This document shows, in pieces, positions 17,226-26,320 of a stretch of 32,000 nucleotides of DNA. The stretch's first letter is position 1, and every line of letters begins with the position of its first letter. The position numbers and the translations under genes were made by a program. The stretch spans positions 30,001 through 62,000 of the forward strand of contig NZ_FNLK01000014.1 of NCBI RefSeq assembly GCF_900105015.1, given 5' to 3'. The notes beneath the pieces were generated by a model. That model saw nothing but the letters and a program-made list of their open reading frames with translations. It made no database searches and was not told where the DNA came from. The stretch comes from Schaalia meyeri. Lineage in GTDB: Bacteria; Actinomycetota; Actinomycetes; Actinomycetales; Actinomycetaceae.

Positions 17226-18182
17226 TCAGTTCGATGCGTGCAGCGCGTCGTTGAGTTCGATGCCCACCACGCCGGCGCGGGCGATGGCCTCAATACGCCC
17301 GGTCTGCGAGTTGCGGCGGAATAGGATGTTGGAAGCGCCGGACAGTTCGCGCGCCGCCACCGTGCGTGGCTCGGCCTCGCCGGAGGGGTCGATCAGCGTG
17401 ACCTTCGCGCCGGCGGTGACGTACAGGCCCGCTTCGACGACGCAGTCATCGCCCAGGGCGATGCCCAGGCCGGAGTTTGCGCCCAGCAGGCATCGCGCGC
17501 CCAAGCGCACGCGCTGATTGCCGCCGCCCGACAGGGTGCCCATCGTGGAGGCGCCGCCGCCCACGTCCGATCCGTCGCCGATGACGACGCCCTGCGAGAC
17601 GCGGCCCTCGACCATGGAGCGGCCCAGCGTTCCAGCGTTGAAATTCACGAAACCGGCGTGCATGACGGTGGTGCCCTCTGAGAGGTAGGCGCCCAGGCGC
17701 ACGCGCGCGCCGTCGCCGATACGCACACCGGAGGGAAGAACGTAATTCACCATCGGGGGGAACTTGTCGATGCCCAGGACCGTGACGGGACGGCCGTCGC
17801 GGGCCAGCAGGCGCATGCGGGTGGCCTCGAAGTTCGTCACGGCGCACGCTCCGGCGTCCGTCCACACGACGTTGGGCAGCACCGCGAAGATGCCGTCCAG
17901 GTTGATCGTGTTCGGCTTGACCAGGCGGTGGGAGAGCAGGTGCAGGCGCAGGTACGCGTCCGCGGTCGTTTCCGGAGCCTCCTCCAACTTGATTGCCGTC
18001 ACCTGGACGGCCGTGCGCACGCGGCGCGCGTCGTCGAGACGCTCCAGCGCGGATAGCGAGGCCGCCAGCTCCTCGTCGGTTCCGGGTTCGCCCAGGTGCG
18101 GGGCGGGGTACCAGGTGTCCAGCGTGGTTCCGTCCAGGGTGATCGTTGCGAGGCCGACGCCCCATGCAGTGCTGTTTTCCAT
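17226..18182 (-). CDS. dapD: Tetrahydrodipicolinate N-succinyltransferase (long actinobacterial DapD)
   Basis: 318 aa. The C-terminal half is made of left-handed beta-helix hexapeptide repeats ([47 protein letters not shown]). Confidence 0.88.
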   Translation of the reverse strand: MENSTAWGVGLATITLDGTTLDTWYPAPHLGEPGTDEELAASLSALERLDDARRVRTAVQVTAIKLEEAPETTADAYLRLHLLSHRLVKPNTINLDGIFAVLPNVVWTDAGACAVTNFEATRMRLLARDGRPVTVLGIDKFPPMVNYVLPSGVRIGDGARVRLGAYLSEGTTVMHAGFVNFNAGTLGRSMVEGRVSQGVVIGDGSDVGGGASTMGTLSGGGNQRVRLGARCLLGANSGLGIALGDDCVVEAGLYVTAGAKVTLIDPSGEAEPRTVAARELSGASNILFRRNSQTGRIEAIARAGVVGIELNDALHASN

Positions 18183-18189
18183 GTGTCCT

Positions 18190-18195
18190 ACACTA
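18190..18195 (-). promoter_or_regulatory. -10 hexamer TAGTGT, 7 nt upstream of dapD ATG (leaderless-type promoter)
   Basis: The minus strand reads TAGTGT-aggacac-ATG. Confidence 0.3.
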
Positions 18196-18227
18196 CGGGG
18201 CGCAACCCGCTCGATTGGCCGCGAAAC

Positions 18228-18938
18228 TCAGGGGCGCGGCGTATCCCACAGGTCGGGCCAGAAGAGGCCCAGCTCGGTCGCCATCGAACGCAGCAACGGC
18301 AGTGAAATGCCGACCACTAAGTGGTAGTCGCCGGTGACGCCCTCAATGAAGGGGCCGCCCAGCCCGTCCACCGTGAAAGAGCCGGCGACCTGCAGGGGCT
18401 CTCCTGTGGCCACGTAGGCGTCGATTTCCTGGTCCGAGATGTCGCCGAAATGGACCTGGGTGGACGCGCAGCGGGTGAGTTGGGCCTTAATGGTCCGCGC
18501 GCTGGGCTTCGTTCCCGGCGCGGACGAGGCAGGGGAGAGGAGGGCGACCGAGTGGCCGGTCCACAGGGTGGCGGTCATGCGCCGCATAGCTCGAATGCGT
18601 TCGCGGGCGACATCGGGGGTGTGCGGCTTTCCCTGCATCTGGCCGTTAATCTCGAGCATGGAATCGCAGCCGATGACCAGGGCGGCTTCGCTATCGGGCA
18701 GCGCCGCCTCGGAGCCCGGCGCGCGTAGGGCCTCGCTGACGTTTGCGCACTTGGCCGCGGCCAGTGCCCCAACTTCGTCCCCGGGGGTCGTGTGGCCCCC
18801 CGAAAACGCGCGTCCGCCCGGAAGTTTGGCGAGGACGGATTCCTCGTTGACTGTTGACACCTTGACGATGGGGGTGATCCCCGCTGCGACGAGTGTTGCG
18901 CGGCGGGCGGGCGAGGCGGAGGCGAGTATGAGGCGCAT
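18228..18938 (-). CDS. maf: Maf-family nucleoside triphosphate pyrophosphatase
   Basis: MRLILASASPARRATL..., LVIGCDSML, GKP, AGSFTVDGLG. The ATG at 18938 gives the canonical Maf N-terminus. The track start at 18995 adds 19 non-homologous residues. Confidence 0.85.
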   Translation of the reverse strand: MRLILASASPARRATLVAAGITPIVKVSTVNEESVLAKLPGGRAFSGGHTTPGDEVGALAAAKCANVSEALRAPGSEAALPDSEAALVIGCDSMLEINGQMQGKPHTPDVARERIRAMRRMTATLWTGHSVALLSPASSAPGTKPSARTIKAQLTRCASTQVHFGDISDQEIDAYVATGEPLQVAGSFTVDGLGGPFIEGVTGDYHLVVGISLPLLRSMATELGLFWPDLWDTPRP

Positions 18939-19165
18939 AGGAACATTGTGGACCATCGGGGCGCAAACGTGCAGGCGGGCTGACAATTGGTGCACAAATC
19001 TGGATTATTGCAGGTAAACGCGCAAATCCCTGGTGAAAGGGATATGGGACCACTACAATAAATAGTGTGAGAGGTCGCATTTTCGGTGTGACTTTTGAAA
19101 AATGATCCGATAACCGTCTACCCGCTGATGTGGTGTTGAGTCAGCCCAACGAGGAGTGATGTGCG

Positions 19166-20200
19166 ATGGATGAGCCCATGGCGTCGTCCCAGGCGGCTCC
19201 TGACGACCTGACCGCAACAAGCTATGTTCCTCAGCTGCTCGGCGGTCACCTGACATATTCCGCCCGGGACATTTCTCAGGCCACGAATACGCCGATCGAG
19301 CGCGTCTTCCAGTTCTGGATCGCCCTGGGTTTCCAGGCTCCCGGCGCCGACGATCCTGTCTTTTCTCAGCGTGACCTTGACGTGTTCAATCGGTGGCACG
19401 ACCTCGTTGAGTCCGGCGATATTGACACCGCGACGTCCCGTTCGCTCCTGCGCGCGAGCTCCCACCTGGCCGACAGGCTGGCCCTGTGGCAGTACGAGGC
19501 CCTGGTCGAGGATTCGATGCGCCGATTGATGCTGGACGACACGACCGCCCGCATGTACGTGCTGGACCACATGCGCGAGTACGTCGACGTCTTCCAAGAG
19601 ATGTTCACCTATTCGTGGCGACGCCAGCTTGAGGCAACCCTGTCACGCTTCGATCGAGAGGTCTCTCAGCGAGGCCACGAGGAGCGGCATGACCGCTTCC
19701 CGCTGAATCGATGCCTCGGCTTTGTCGACATGGTTTCCTACACGTCCTCATCGACGATCCTCGGCGACGCGCTGGTCGGGCTTATCGGGCGCTTCGAAGA
19801 GGAGAGCCGAACCGCCGTGATCGAGGAGGGCGGGCGCGTCGTAAAGATGATCGGGGACGCCGTGCTGTACATCGCGGATGACCTGTCGACCGGGCTGCGC
19901 GTCGTCACCGCACTCATCGAACGCCTGAATGCCGACGACGAGATGCTGCCCGTGCGCGCTTCCTTCGTGCGCGGGGACGTTTTTTCACGCTCGGGCGACG
20001 TGTTCGGGCCGACCGTCAACCTCGCGTCTCGCCTCGTGGACATCGCGCCGGTCGGGAAAATCCTCACCGATCCGGCGACCGCCGCCGCTATCGCCGCAGG
20101 CAAGGGGGGAGACGGCTACGAACTCGAGGAATTCCCCACCGCGGACTTGCGCGGTTTTGGTCCGGTTTCCCCCTACCTGCTGTCTAGCGTCGTGGACTAG
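19166..20200 (+). CDS. Class III adenylate/guanylate cyclase with ~170-aa N-terminal helical (HTH-like) domain
   Basis: Cyclase blocks GFVDMVSYTS, VKMIGDAVLY and GDVFGPTVNLASRL in the C-terminal half. GAGGAG lies 9 nt upstream of the ATG. Confidence 0.85.
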   Translation: MDEPMASSQAAPDDLTATSYVPQLLGGHLTYSARDISQATNTPIERVFQFWIALGFQAPGADDPVFSQRDLDVFNRWHDLVESGDIDTATSRSLLRASSHLADRLALWQYEALVEDSMRRLMLDDTTARMYVLDHMREYVDVFQEMFTYSWRRQLEATLSRFDREVSQRGHEERHDRFPLNRCLGFVDMVSYTSSSTILGDALVGLIGRFEEESRTAVIEEGGRVVKMIGDAVLYIADDLSTGLRVVTALIERLNADDEMLPVRASFVRGDVFSRSGDVFGPTVNLASRLVDIAPVGKILTDPATAAAIAAGKGGDGYELEEFPTADLRGFGPVSPYLLSSVVD

Positions 20201-20281
20201 ACGCCTCTCACGCCGCCGAACCGGCGCCCGACCGGCCGCAACGGCGGGTCAAGAAAGGTGAAAGTTTTGGTTCGGGATTGC

Positions 20282-20287
20282 TAAGAT
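20282..20287 (+). promoter_or_regulatory. -10 hexamer TAAGAT, 6 nt upstream of GTG 20294 (leaderless-type promoter)
   Basis: TAAGAT-gctcag-GTG. GTGAAA lies 18 nt further upstream as a weak -35. No SD. Confidence 0.35.
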
Positions 20288-20293
20288 GCTCAG

Positions 20294-20971
20294 GTGACTA
20301 CAGTTCTCCTCGTTGAAGACGACCCGGCCATCTCTGAGCCCCTCGCCCGCGCACTGGGCAGGGAAGGCTATGACGTGCGCGCGCACGCGAGCGGCGGCGA
20401 AGCCCTGGCCGACGTTCGCGGCGTTGACCTGGTTGTTCTGGACCTCGGCCTGCCCGACATGGACGGCCTGGACGTCGCGCGAGAAATTCGCGCCTGCGGA
20501 AACCGGGTCCCGATCCTGATCCTCACCGCGCGCACGGATGAGGTCGACATGGTCGTTGGCCTCGATGCGGGCGCGGACGACTACGTGACGAAGCCCTTCC
20601 GTCTGGCGGAGCTGCTGGCCCGCGTGCGCGCGCTCCTGCGCCGCCAGGCCTCCGAGCCCTCCGAGGGCGAGCTGCGCGCCCAGGACATCCGCATGGACGT
20701 CGCCGCGCACCGCGCGTTCGTCGGCGACGTGGAACTGAGCCTGACGGCCAAGGAATTCGACCTGCTGCGCGTGCTCCTGCGCGAGGCCGGATCCGTCGTC
20801 GCGCGAGATGCCCTCATGCGCGAGGTGTGGGGTTCGGATCCGACCAGCTCGACCAAGACTCTCGACATGCACGTGTCCTGGCTGCGGCGCAAGCTCGGCG
20901 ACGACGCAACCGACCCGCACTACATCACGACCGTGCGCGGGATGGGTTTCCGCTTCGAGAACGCGCGCTGA
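20294..20971 (+). CDS. OmpR-family response regulator
   Basis: Receiver domain LLVEDD...VVLDLGLPDMDG...KPF and a winged-helix C-terminus (LTAKEFDLLRVLL...TVRGMGFRF). GTG start. Confidence 0.92.
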   Translation: MTTVLLVEDDPAISEPLARALGREGYDVRAHASGGEALADVRGVDLVVLDLGLPDMDGLDVAREIRACGNRVPILILTARTDEVDMVVGLDAGADDYVTKPFRLAELLARVRALLRRQASEPSEGELRAQDIRMDVAAHRAFVGDVELSLTAKEFDLLRVLLREAGSVVARDALMREVWGSDPTSSTKTLDMHVSWLRRKLGDDATDPHYITTVRGMGFRFENAR

Positions 20972-20995
20972 GCGCGACGCCAAGGGAGGCCCGCC

Positions 20996-22324
20996 ATGCG
21001 CGCACGCGCGGTGAGGATGATCGTTAGCGTCGTCGCCGTCGTGTGCATGCTGATGGGCCTTCCAGGCGCGTTTTTTGCCTCCGCGTCCGTCTGGGCGTCC
21101 GAGCAGCGCAGCCTGGAGGTCCAGTCGCAGCTGATCCTGCGCAGCATCGAACGCAGACGCGCCGCGGGAGAAAACAACGATGCCGCGACGCTGGCCTCGT
21201 TGGTCGCCGATCAGGCGAAGAGCCGAGGCGGTGAGCTGGCCTACCGGATCAAGATCCCGGACGCGAACCTGGTGACCAACGGGAAGAACATCCCGGGGCA
21301 CACAATGTCGGCGGTCGCCTCCTCGCCCAGCGGCGTCTCCGTGCAGCTGACCTCCTCCGCGTCGGGCGCACTGAGTCGCATCGCGTGGGTGTGTGCGCTG
21401 TTCGGGAGCGGCATGGCGATCTCCATGCTGATCGGCTGGCTGATGGCGCGCTCGCTATCGCGCGACCTGTCGGCCCCCCTCATCTACCTGGCGGCGCAGG
21501 CCGAGCAGATCGGATCGGGCGGCGTTCGCGCACGCGTGGAGCGTTCGGGTATCGAAGAGATCGACCTGGTCTCAGAGGAACTGGCCCGCACGGGCGAGCG
21601 CATGGCCGGGCGCCTGGCCGCCGAACGACAGGCCGCAGCGGACGCCTCCCACCAGCTGCGCACCCCGATCACGGCGCTATCGATGCGGTTGGAGGAGATC
21701 GAATTGATCTCCTCGGAGGAAGACGTGCGCGCCGAGGCCCGCACCTGCCTCGAACAGGTCGAACGCATGACGAACGTCGTCACGGAGCTCCTGGACGTCT
21801 CCAAGCGAGAGAGCGGGCAGACCGAGGCGATCCACATCCTGGAGGTCTTTAACACGGCCCGCGAAGAGTGGGAGGACCAATTCGAGGCGGCGGGCAGGTC
21901 CCTGGTGTTCCTAGACGAAGCCGAGCGCCCGATCCTGGCGGATGCGGGAAAGCTCGGGCAGGTGCTCGCGACCCTCATCGAAAACTCGCTGCGATACGGC
22001 GACGGGACGACTCGTGTCTGGGCGCACGCGGGTTCCTCCAAGCGTGGCGTCGTCATCGAAGTGAGCGACGAAGGGGAGGGAATCGAAGAAAGTCTCGCCC
22101 CGGACATCTTCGAAAAGGGCGTGTCCGGGCACGGGTCGACGGGTATTGGTCTGGCCCTCGCACACGACCTGGCACAGGCGATGGGGGGACGGCTCGAACT
22201 GAAAAACAATAAACCCCCGGTCTTTACGGTCTCCGTGGCCGCCATTCCAGCGTCCCTGGACCCCGATCGCGTCATGCCAGAGGGGCCCCTCATGTCGATG
22301 GGACGCAGGTCGCGTCGCTTCTAG
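20996..22324 (+). CDS. Sensor histidine kinase (two TM helices, HAMP, HisKA, HATPase_c)
   Basis: H-box SHQLRTPITAL, N-box LIENSLRYG, G1 DEGEGI, G2 GHGSTGIGLALA. GGGAGG upstream of the ATG, 24 nt after the regulator's stop. Confidence 0.92.
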   Translation: MRARAVRMIVSVVAVVCMLMGLPGAFFASASVWASEQRSLEVQSQLILRSIERRRAAGENNDAATLASLVADQAKSRGGELAYRIKIPDANLVTNGKNIPGHTMSAVASSPSGVSVQLTSSASGALSRIAWVCALFGSGMAISMLIGWLMARSLSRDLSAPLIYLAAQAEQIGSGGVRARVERSGIEEIDLVSEELARTGERMAGRLAAERQAAADASHQLRTPITALSMRLEEIELISSEEDVRAEARTCLEQVERMTNVVTELLDVSKRESGQTEAIHILEVFNTAREEWEDQFEAAGRSLVFLDEAERPILADAGKLGQVLATLIENSLRYGDGTTRVWAHAGSSKRGVVIEVSDEGEGIEESLAPDIFEKGVSGHGSTGIGLALAHDLAQAMGGRLELKNNKPPVFTVSVAAIPASLDPDRVMPEGPLMSMGRRSRRF

Positions 22325-22340
22325 CCCAGCGGTGGATTGA

Positions 22341-22529
22341 TCCCCATGGAGCACGCGATCGAGGCCCCCGACCGTCGCCGTCATCGGCGGGCAGCTGATG
22401 CATGAGAGCGCGACCGCGCTCGGCATCGACCTGCGGGCAGTGGTGGAGCCGACGGTGGCTCCACCGCAGAGGATCGTCGGCCGGTTGGCGCCTGACGCGC
22501 CCGTCGATTCACGCGGTTCCTGCGGGTAG
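22341..22529 (+). pseudogene. Probable N-terminal relic of purK (N5-CAIR synthase)
   Basis: A stop-free frame reads PPTVAVIGGQLMHESATALGIDLRAVVEP..., resembling the PurK/PurT N-terminus (V-x-V-I-G-G-G-Q-L-x-R-M...A...LG..L..L) with internal deletions. A plausible ATG (22346, MEHAIEAPD) lies in a different frame, so a frameshift is implied. The frame ends at TAG 22527-22529, leaving about 330 codons missing. Confidence 0.35.
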
Positions 22530-22550
22530 CAGCCGGTAGCGTGCGCGGCG

Positions 22551-22556
22551 TATCCT
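22551..22556 (+). promoter_or_regulatory. -10 hexamer TATCCT, 6 nt upstream of galE ATG (leaderless-type promoter)
   Basis: TATCCT-gaaggc-ATG. Confidence 0.3.
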
Positions 22557-22562
22557 GAAGGC

Positions 22563-23558
22563 ATGAGTATTCTCGTTTGTGGTGGCGCCGGCTACATCGG
22601 CGCACATGTTGTCCGCCTCCTGCGTCAGCGCGGGGATCGCGTCGTTGTCGTTGATGACCTCTCCAGTGGTAAGGCCTCGCGTATCGGCGACGCCACGCTC
22701 GTCCGCCTCGACGTGACCAGCGACGAAGCGCGCTCCGTGCTGTCTACCCTCATGGCGGACGAAGACGTCACGGCCGTCATCCACTTTTCGGCTCGCAAAC
22801 AGGTCGGTGAATCCGTGCAGCGCCCCGCGTGGTACTACCAGCAGAACGTCGGCGGGATGGCCAACGTGCTCCTGGCGATGGAGGACGCAGGCGTCGACCA
22901 GATGATCTTCTCCTCCTCCGCGGCCGTCTACGGAATGCCGGATGTTCCGGTGGTCACCGAGGACATGGGTGGCCATCCCATCAACCCATACGGCGAAACG
23001 AAGCTGATCGGCGAATGGATGATGGCGGACTGTGAGCTCGCGTGGGACCTGAAGTGGATCGGTTTGCGCTACTTTAACGTCGCGGGTGCCGGATGGCCCG
23101 ACCTGGCCGACGACGCCATCATGAACCTGATCCCGATGGTGCTTGACCGCGTTGAGCGTGGCGACAGCGCCAAGATCTTTGGCGCCGACTACGATACCCC
23201 GGACGGCACGTGCGTGCGCGACTACATCCACGTCCTGGATCTGGCGGAGGCCCACGTCGCCGCCCTCGACGTGCTGGCCGAAGGACGCCAGCCCGAGCAT
23301 CACACGTACAACGTGGGCACCGGGCTGGGCACGTCCGTTCGCGAGATCATCGACGGCCTGCGTCGCGTGATGGGATGGGACTTTCCGGTCGAGGTGCTGG
23401 ACCGCCGCGCCGGGGATCCGCCGAAGCTCATCGGCGACCCCCTCTCCATCGGCGTCGATCTTGGTTGGAAGGCAAACAACGGGGTCGATGAGATCCTCGC
23501 CTCCGCGTGGGAAGGCTGGCAGGCGGGGCCGCGCCCCATTACTGTGCCCGGCACCTGA
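22563..23558 (+). CDS. galE: UDP-glucose 4-epimerase
   Basis: Rossmann motif GGAGYIG, catalytic YGETK (YxxxK). 331 aa, typical GalE length. Confidence 0.92.
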   Translation: MSILVCGGAGYIGAHVVRLLRQRGDRVVVVDDLSSGKASRIGDATLVRLDVTSDEARSVLSTLMADEDVTAVIHFSARKQVGESVQRPAWYYQQNVGGMANVLLAMEDAGVDQMIFSSSAAVYGMPDVPVVTEDMGGHPINPYGETKLIGEWMMADCELAWDLKWIGLRYFNVAGAGWPDLADDAIMNLIPMVLDRVERGDSAKIFGADYDTPDGTCVRDYIHVLDLAEAHVAALDVLAEGRQPEHHTYNVGTGLGTSVREIIDGLRRVMGWDFPVEVLDRRAGDPPKLIGDPLSIGVDLGWKANNGVDEILASAWEGWQAGPRPITVPGT

Positions 23559-23583
23559 GGGCCATCTTCGCATCTCAAGACGT

Positions 23584-23621
23584 CCCGGCCCCGTTCCTGA
23601 TAAGAAGGAAACGGGGCCGGG
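23584..23621. terminator. Strong 12-bp GC hairpin between convergent galE and the LCP gene
   Basis: CCCGGCCCCGTT (23584-23595) pairs with AACGGGGCCGGG (23610-23621), followed by GCTTTGT on the plus strand. Confidence 0.6.
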
Positions 23622-23654
23622 GCTTTGTCGAGCAGCCGGAGGCGAGCGGATCTC

Positions 23655-24998
23655 CTAGAGGCCGTCGACCTGGTTCAGGTCGGAGGACACCAGGGTTCCC
23701 GATCGGAGCTTGGCAAAGAAATCGTCCGCGGTGGTGTCGCGCAGAAGCACGGCCGAACCGCCCGCGCTGGTCGTGTAGTTGAGCGATTCGATGGGCGGTA
23801 CCCCCATCAGCTGGTGGGAGGAGGCGCTGCGCAGGGCCATCACCAGGGCGGCGACGGTGAACACGGAGGAGTCCTCGTCGACCGTGAAAGACTTCGATCC
23901 CGCGCGCTCCACGCGCAGGGTCTTCGCCGGATTAACTAGGGTCGAGGGGGACACGGCGGCAGAAATGACCTTGGAAATCACCTGGCGCTGGCGCTTCGTG
24001 CGGCCGATATCCCCCTCGGGATCCTGGTAACGCATGCGCGAGAACTGCAGCGCGGTCTTCCCATCCACGCTGTGGCAGCCAGCCGTCCAGGTGAGCCCCG
24101 AATACGCGTCGTCGGCGTCGTTGTCGTAGCAGAGCGTGACGCCGCCGACCGCGTCCACCATGCCGGGGACCGCGGCCATGCCGATCTGAACGAAATGATC
24201 GACGGTCAGGCCCGTCAGCTTCTCCACCGTTTCCACCAGCAGCTGCGGGCCGCCGTACGCGTAGGAGGCGTTGATCTTGTCCCAGCCCACCCCCGGAATC
24301 TGCGCGTAGGTGTCCCGGGGGATCGACAGAGCGACGGCCTGGCCGTTCGGGGCGACATTCACCAGCATGATCGAGTCGGCGCGCTCGGATTCGTCGAAGC
24401 CGTCCTGGACGGCCCCGTCCGCGCGCGAGTCGGACCCGGCCAACAGGTACGTGGTTCCCGGCGTGTTGGTGCCGCCGGACAGAGCGCTGACGCGCCCCAT
24501 GTTCGTGTTCGCGTCCCACAGCAGGAAAGCGCCCCACGCGAGGAGAAGAACCAGGAGGAAACACAGGGTCTTGAGGATCGGGTGACGGCGCTTGCGGCGT
24601 GGCGTCGCGGCGGGAACGGGGGGTGCCGCAGGGGGGAGGGGGGAGACGGGCGCCGATTGAGGAGGGCGCGCTTGTGCCTGGTTCTGTCCGCTCCCCGACG
24701 GTGTGTAGGACGGGGGAATCGAGGCCGAAGATGGCCGGAACGAAGGGGGCGCCTGCTCGGGAGTCGAACGGCGCGGCCCTCGCGGCGTGGGCCTCCTCTT
24801 TGGCTGATCCAGCGTGCGCGGCATCAGCGGGTGGGAAGCGTCGGCCTCCTCCTCGTTGATCCTCCACATGCGAGGCGCCAGGGCCTCCGGCGGGGGAGCG
24901 GGCGCGCCCCCGCGCACCTCTTCACCGACGACGTGAACGTCATCAGATCCGGGGCGGCGCCGCGCGGGGTCGGGCCTGAACGAGGGAGGAGTGCTCAT
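23655..24998 (-). CDS. LCP (LytR-CpsA-Psr) family cell-wall glycopolymer ligase with ~140-aa Pro-rich cytoplasmic N-tail
   Basis: After a TM helix (ILKTLCFLLVLLLAWGAFLLW): LLAGSDSR, ERADSIMLV, SIPRDTY. ATG 24998 overlaps the upstream stop (ATGA) and has AAGGA upstream. The track start at 25016 is 6 codons longer. Confidence 0.88.
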   Translation of the reverse strand: MSTPPSFRPDPARRRPGSDDVHVVGEEVRGGAPAPPPEALAPRMWRINEEEADASHPLMPRTLDQPKRRPTPRGPRRSTPEQAPPSFRPSSASIPPSYTPSGSGQNQAQARPPQSAPVSPLPPAAPPVPAATPRRKRRHPILKTLCFLLVLLLAWGAFLLWDANTNMGRVSALSGGTNTPGTTYLLAGSDSRADGAVQDGFDESERADSIMLVNVAPNGQAVALSIPRDTYAQIPGVGWDKINASYAYGGPQLLVETVEKLTGLTVDHFVQIGMAAVPGMVDAVGGVTLCYDNDADDAYSGLTWTAGCHSVDGKTALQFSRMRYQDPEGDIGRTKRQRQVISKVISAAVSPSTLVNPAKTLRVERAGSKSFTVDEDSSVFTVAALVMALRSASSHQLMGVPPIESLNYTTSAGGSAVLLRDTTADDFFAKLRSGTLVSSDLNQVDGL

Positions 24999-26320
24999 TT
25001 GTCCTTCGGCGGGCAAGAAGCTACGGTCTGTTGGGCCGCGGCCTCGTTGGCGGCGTTATTGTCGACGGACACGGACTGCTCGGTGTTGTCCGTGCTCCCC
25101 TCGCCGCTGCCCGGCGTGGAGGGATTCGTGTCCTGGCCGGAGGAGTCACCCGAACTCTGGGCAGAGTCCGCGTTCGGGTCGGGCACCACCAGCTGGGCGC
25201 CGTTCCCGTCGGTGTAGGTGGTACCCACAGGAAGGGCCTGGTCGTTTTTCAGCGCGTTCCACACGTTGCGAGCCATCGGCTCGGACGCGATGCGGCGGTT
25301 CGGGTCCCAGGAGGGTTCCTTGACCGGCATGGTGACGAACTGGATGTTCGCGCGGTTGACCTTCGACAAGACGTTGACGAGCAGGGTAGCGTCGGAGCTG
25401 GCGTCACCCAGGTTGGAGGACACCTTGACTGCCTTGATCGCGGCCTGCAGGAAACTAATGAGTGCGCCCGGATCGGTGACGTAGTTCTTGGACTGCAGCT
25501 CGCGCACCATCGCAGAAATCAGCTGCTGCTGGCGGCCGATGCGGGAGATATCGGAGCCGTCCCCCTGGCCCTTGCGCGAACGCATATAGGCCAGCGAGTT
25601 GGTTCCGTCGAGCTTGTAACAGCCAGCATCGACGTACAGCTGCGCTTCCTCGTCCTCAACGCGGTGAGGGATGTTGAACCAGATGCCGCCCAGCGCATCG
25701 ATCATGTCGATAAAGCCAGCGAAGTTGACGACCATGAATGCGTCGACCGTCATGCCGGACATGTTTTCGACGGTCGACTTAACGCAGGCGATACCGGGAA
25801 CGATGTCTTCTTCCGAGTTGCCGCCGTCGGCGCCATAGAACATGGCGTTGTTGAACATCTCGTTACTCAGGGGGGCGCTGCTGGAGCCGTCGCGGTGCTT
25901 ACACGCGGGGATGTCAACCAGGGTATCGCGCGGGATGGAAACAATCTGCACGCGCGAGCGGTCGGCGCTGATGTGGATGACCATCGTCGAATCGTTGCGC
26001 ACGCCCGGGACGTCGTCCTGGTCGCCGGCACCCACGTCGCCGCTGGCCCCGCTGCGGGAGTCCGTGCCGACCACAAGGATGTTGACGGCCCGCCCATCGA
26101 AGGAATCGGGGGTCGCCTTGTTCTGCTCGTCGGTCGTGTAGGCGTTGATGTCGACAACGCGTTCGGCGAACTGCGAGCTGAGCTTGGCGTAGACGAAGCC
26201 AGCCGTGGAGACGACGAAGAGCACGCCGGTCATCAAGATGGCAAGCGCGCTGCGCACGAGGCCGAAGCGTCCGTAGTTGATGGCCGAGTGCTGGATCGGC
26301 CGCAGATTCACGTTACTCAT
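24995..26320 (-). CDS. LCP (LytR-CpsA-Psr) family cell-wall glycopolymer ligase
   Basis: N-terminal TM helix, then NILVVGTDSRSG, NDSTMVIHI, SIPRDTLV. The C-terminus is Ser/Gly/Asp-rich. Confidence 0.9.
   Translation of the reverse strand: MSNVNLRPIQHSAINYGRFGLVRSALAILMTGVLFVVSTAGFVYAKLSSQFAERVVDINAYTTDEQNKATPDSFDGRAVNILVVGTDSRSGASGDVGAGDQDDVPGVRNDSTMVIHISADRSRVQIVSIPRDTLVDIPACKHRDGSSSAPLSNEMFNNAMFYGADGGNSEEDIVPGIACVKSTVENMSGMTVDAFMVVNFAGFIDMIDALGGIWFNIPHRVEDEEAQLYVDAGCYKLDGTNSLAYMRSRKGQGDGSDISRIGRQQQLISAMVRELQSKNYVTDPGALISFLQAAIKAVKVSSNLGDASSDATLLVNVLSKVNRANIQFVTMPVKEPSWDPNRRIASEPMARNVWNALKNDQALPVGTTYTDGNGAQLVVPDPNADSAQSSGDSSGQDTNPSTPGSGEGSTDNTEQSVSVDNNAANEAAAQQTVASCPPKDK

Noticed and set aside
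19025-19067. Small hairpin (ATCCCT-ggtgaa-AGGGAT) and 5-bp-arm palindrome CACTA-n7-TAGTG in the maf/cyclase intergenic region
   Set aside because: The stems are too short to distinguish from chance. They may simply overlap a TAGTGT -10 element, and nothing else supports them.
19166-20200. Nucleotide cyclase as a Pycsar/CBASS-type anti-phage signalling gene
   Set aside because: No adjacent effector (TIR, TM, cNMP-binding effector, nuclease). The neighbours are maf and a housekeeping-looking two-component system. The architecture fits a regulatory class III cyclase.
20249-21301. 350-aa minus-strand ORF antisense to the response-regulator and kinase genes
   Set aside because: It is an Arg/Gly/Ala-rich translation with no motifs. 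Long antisense ORFs of this kind are typical in high-GC DNA. The plus-strand genes have complete receiver and HisKA/HATPase motifs.
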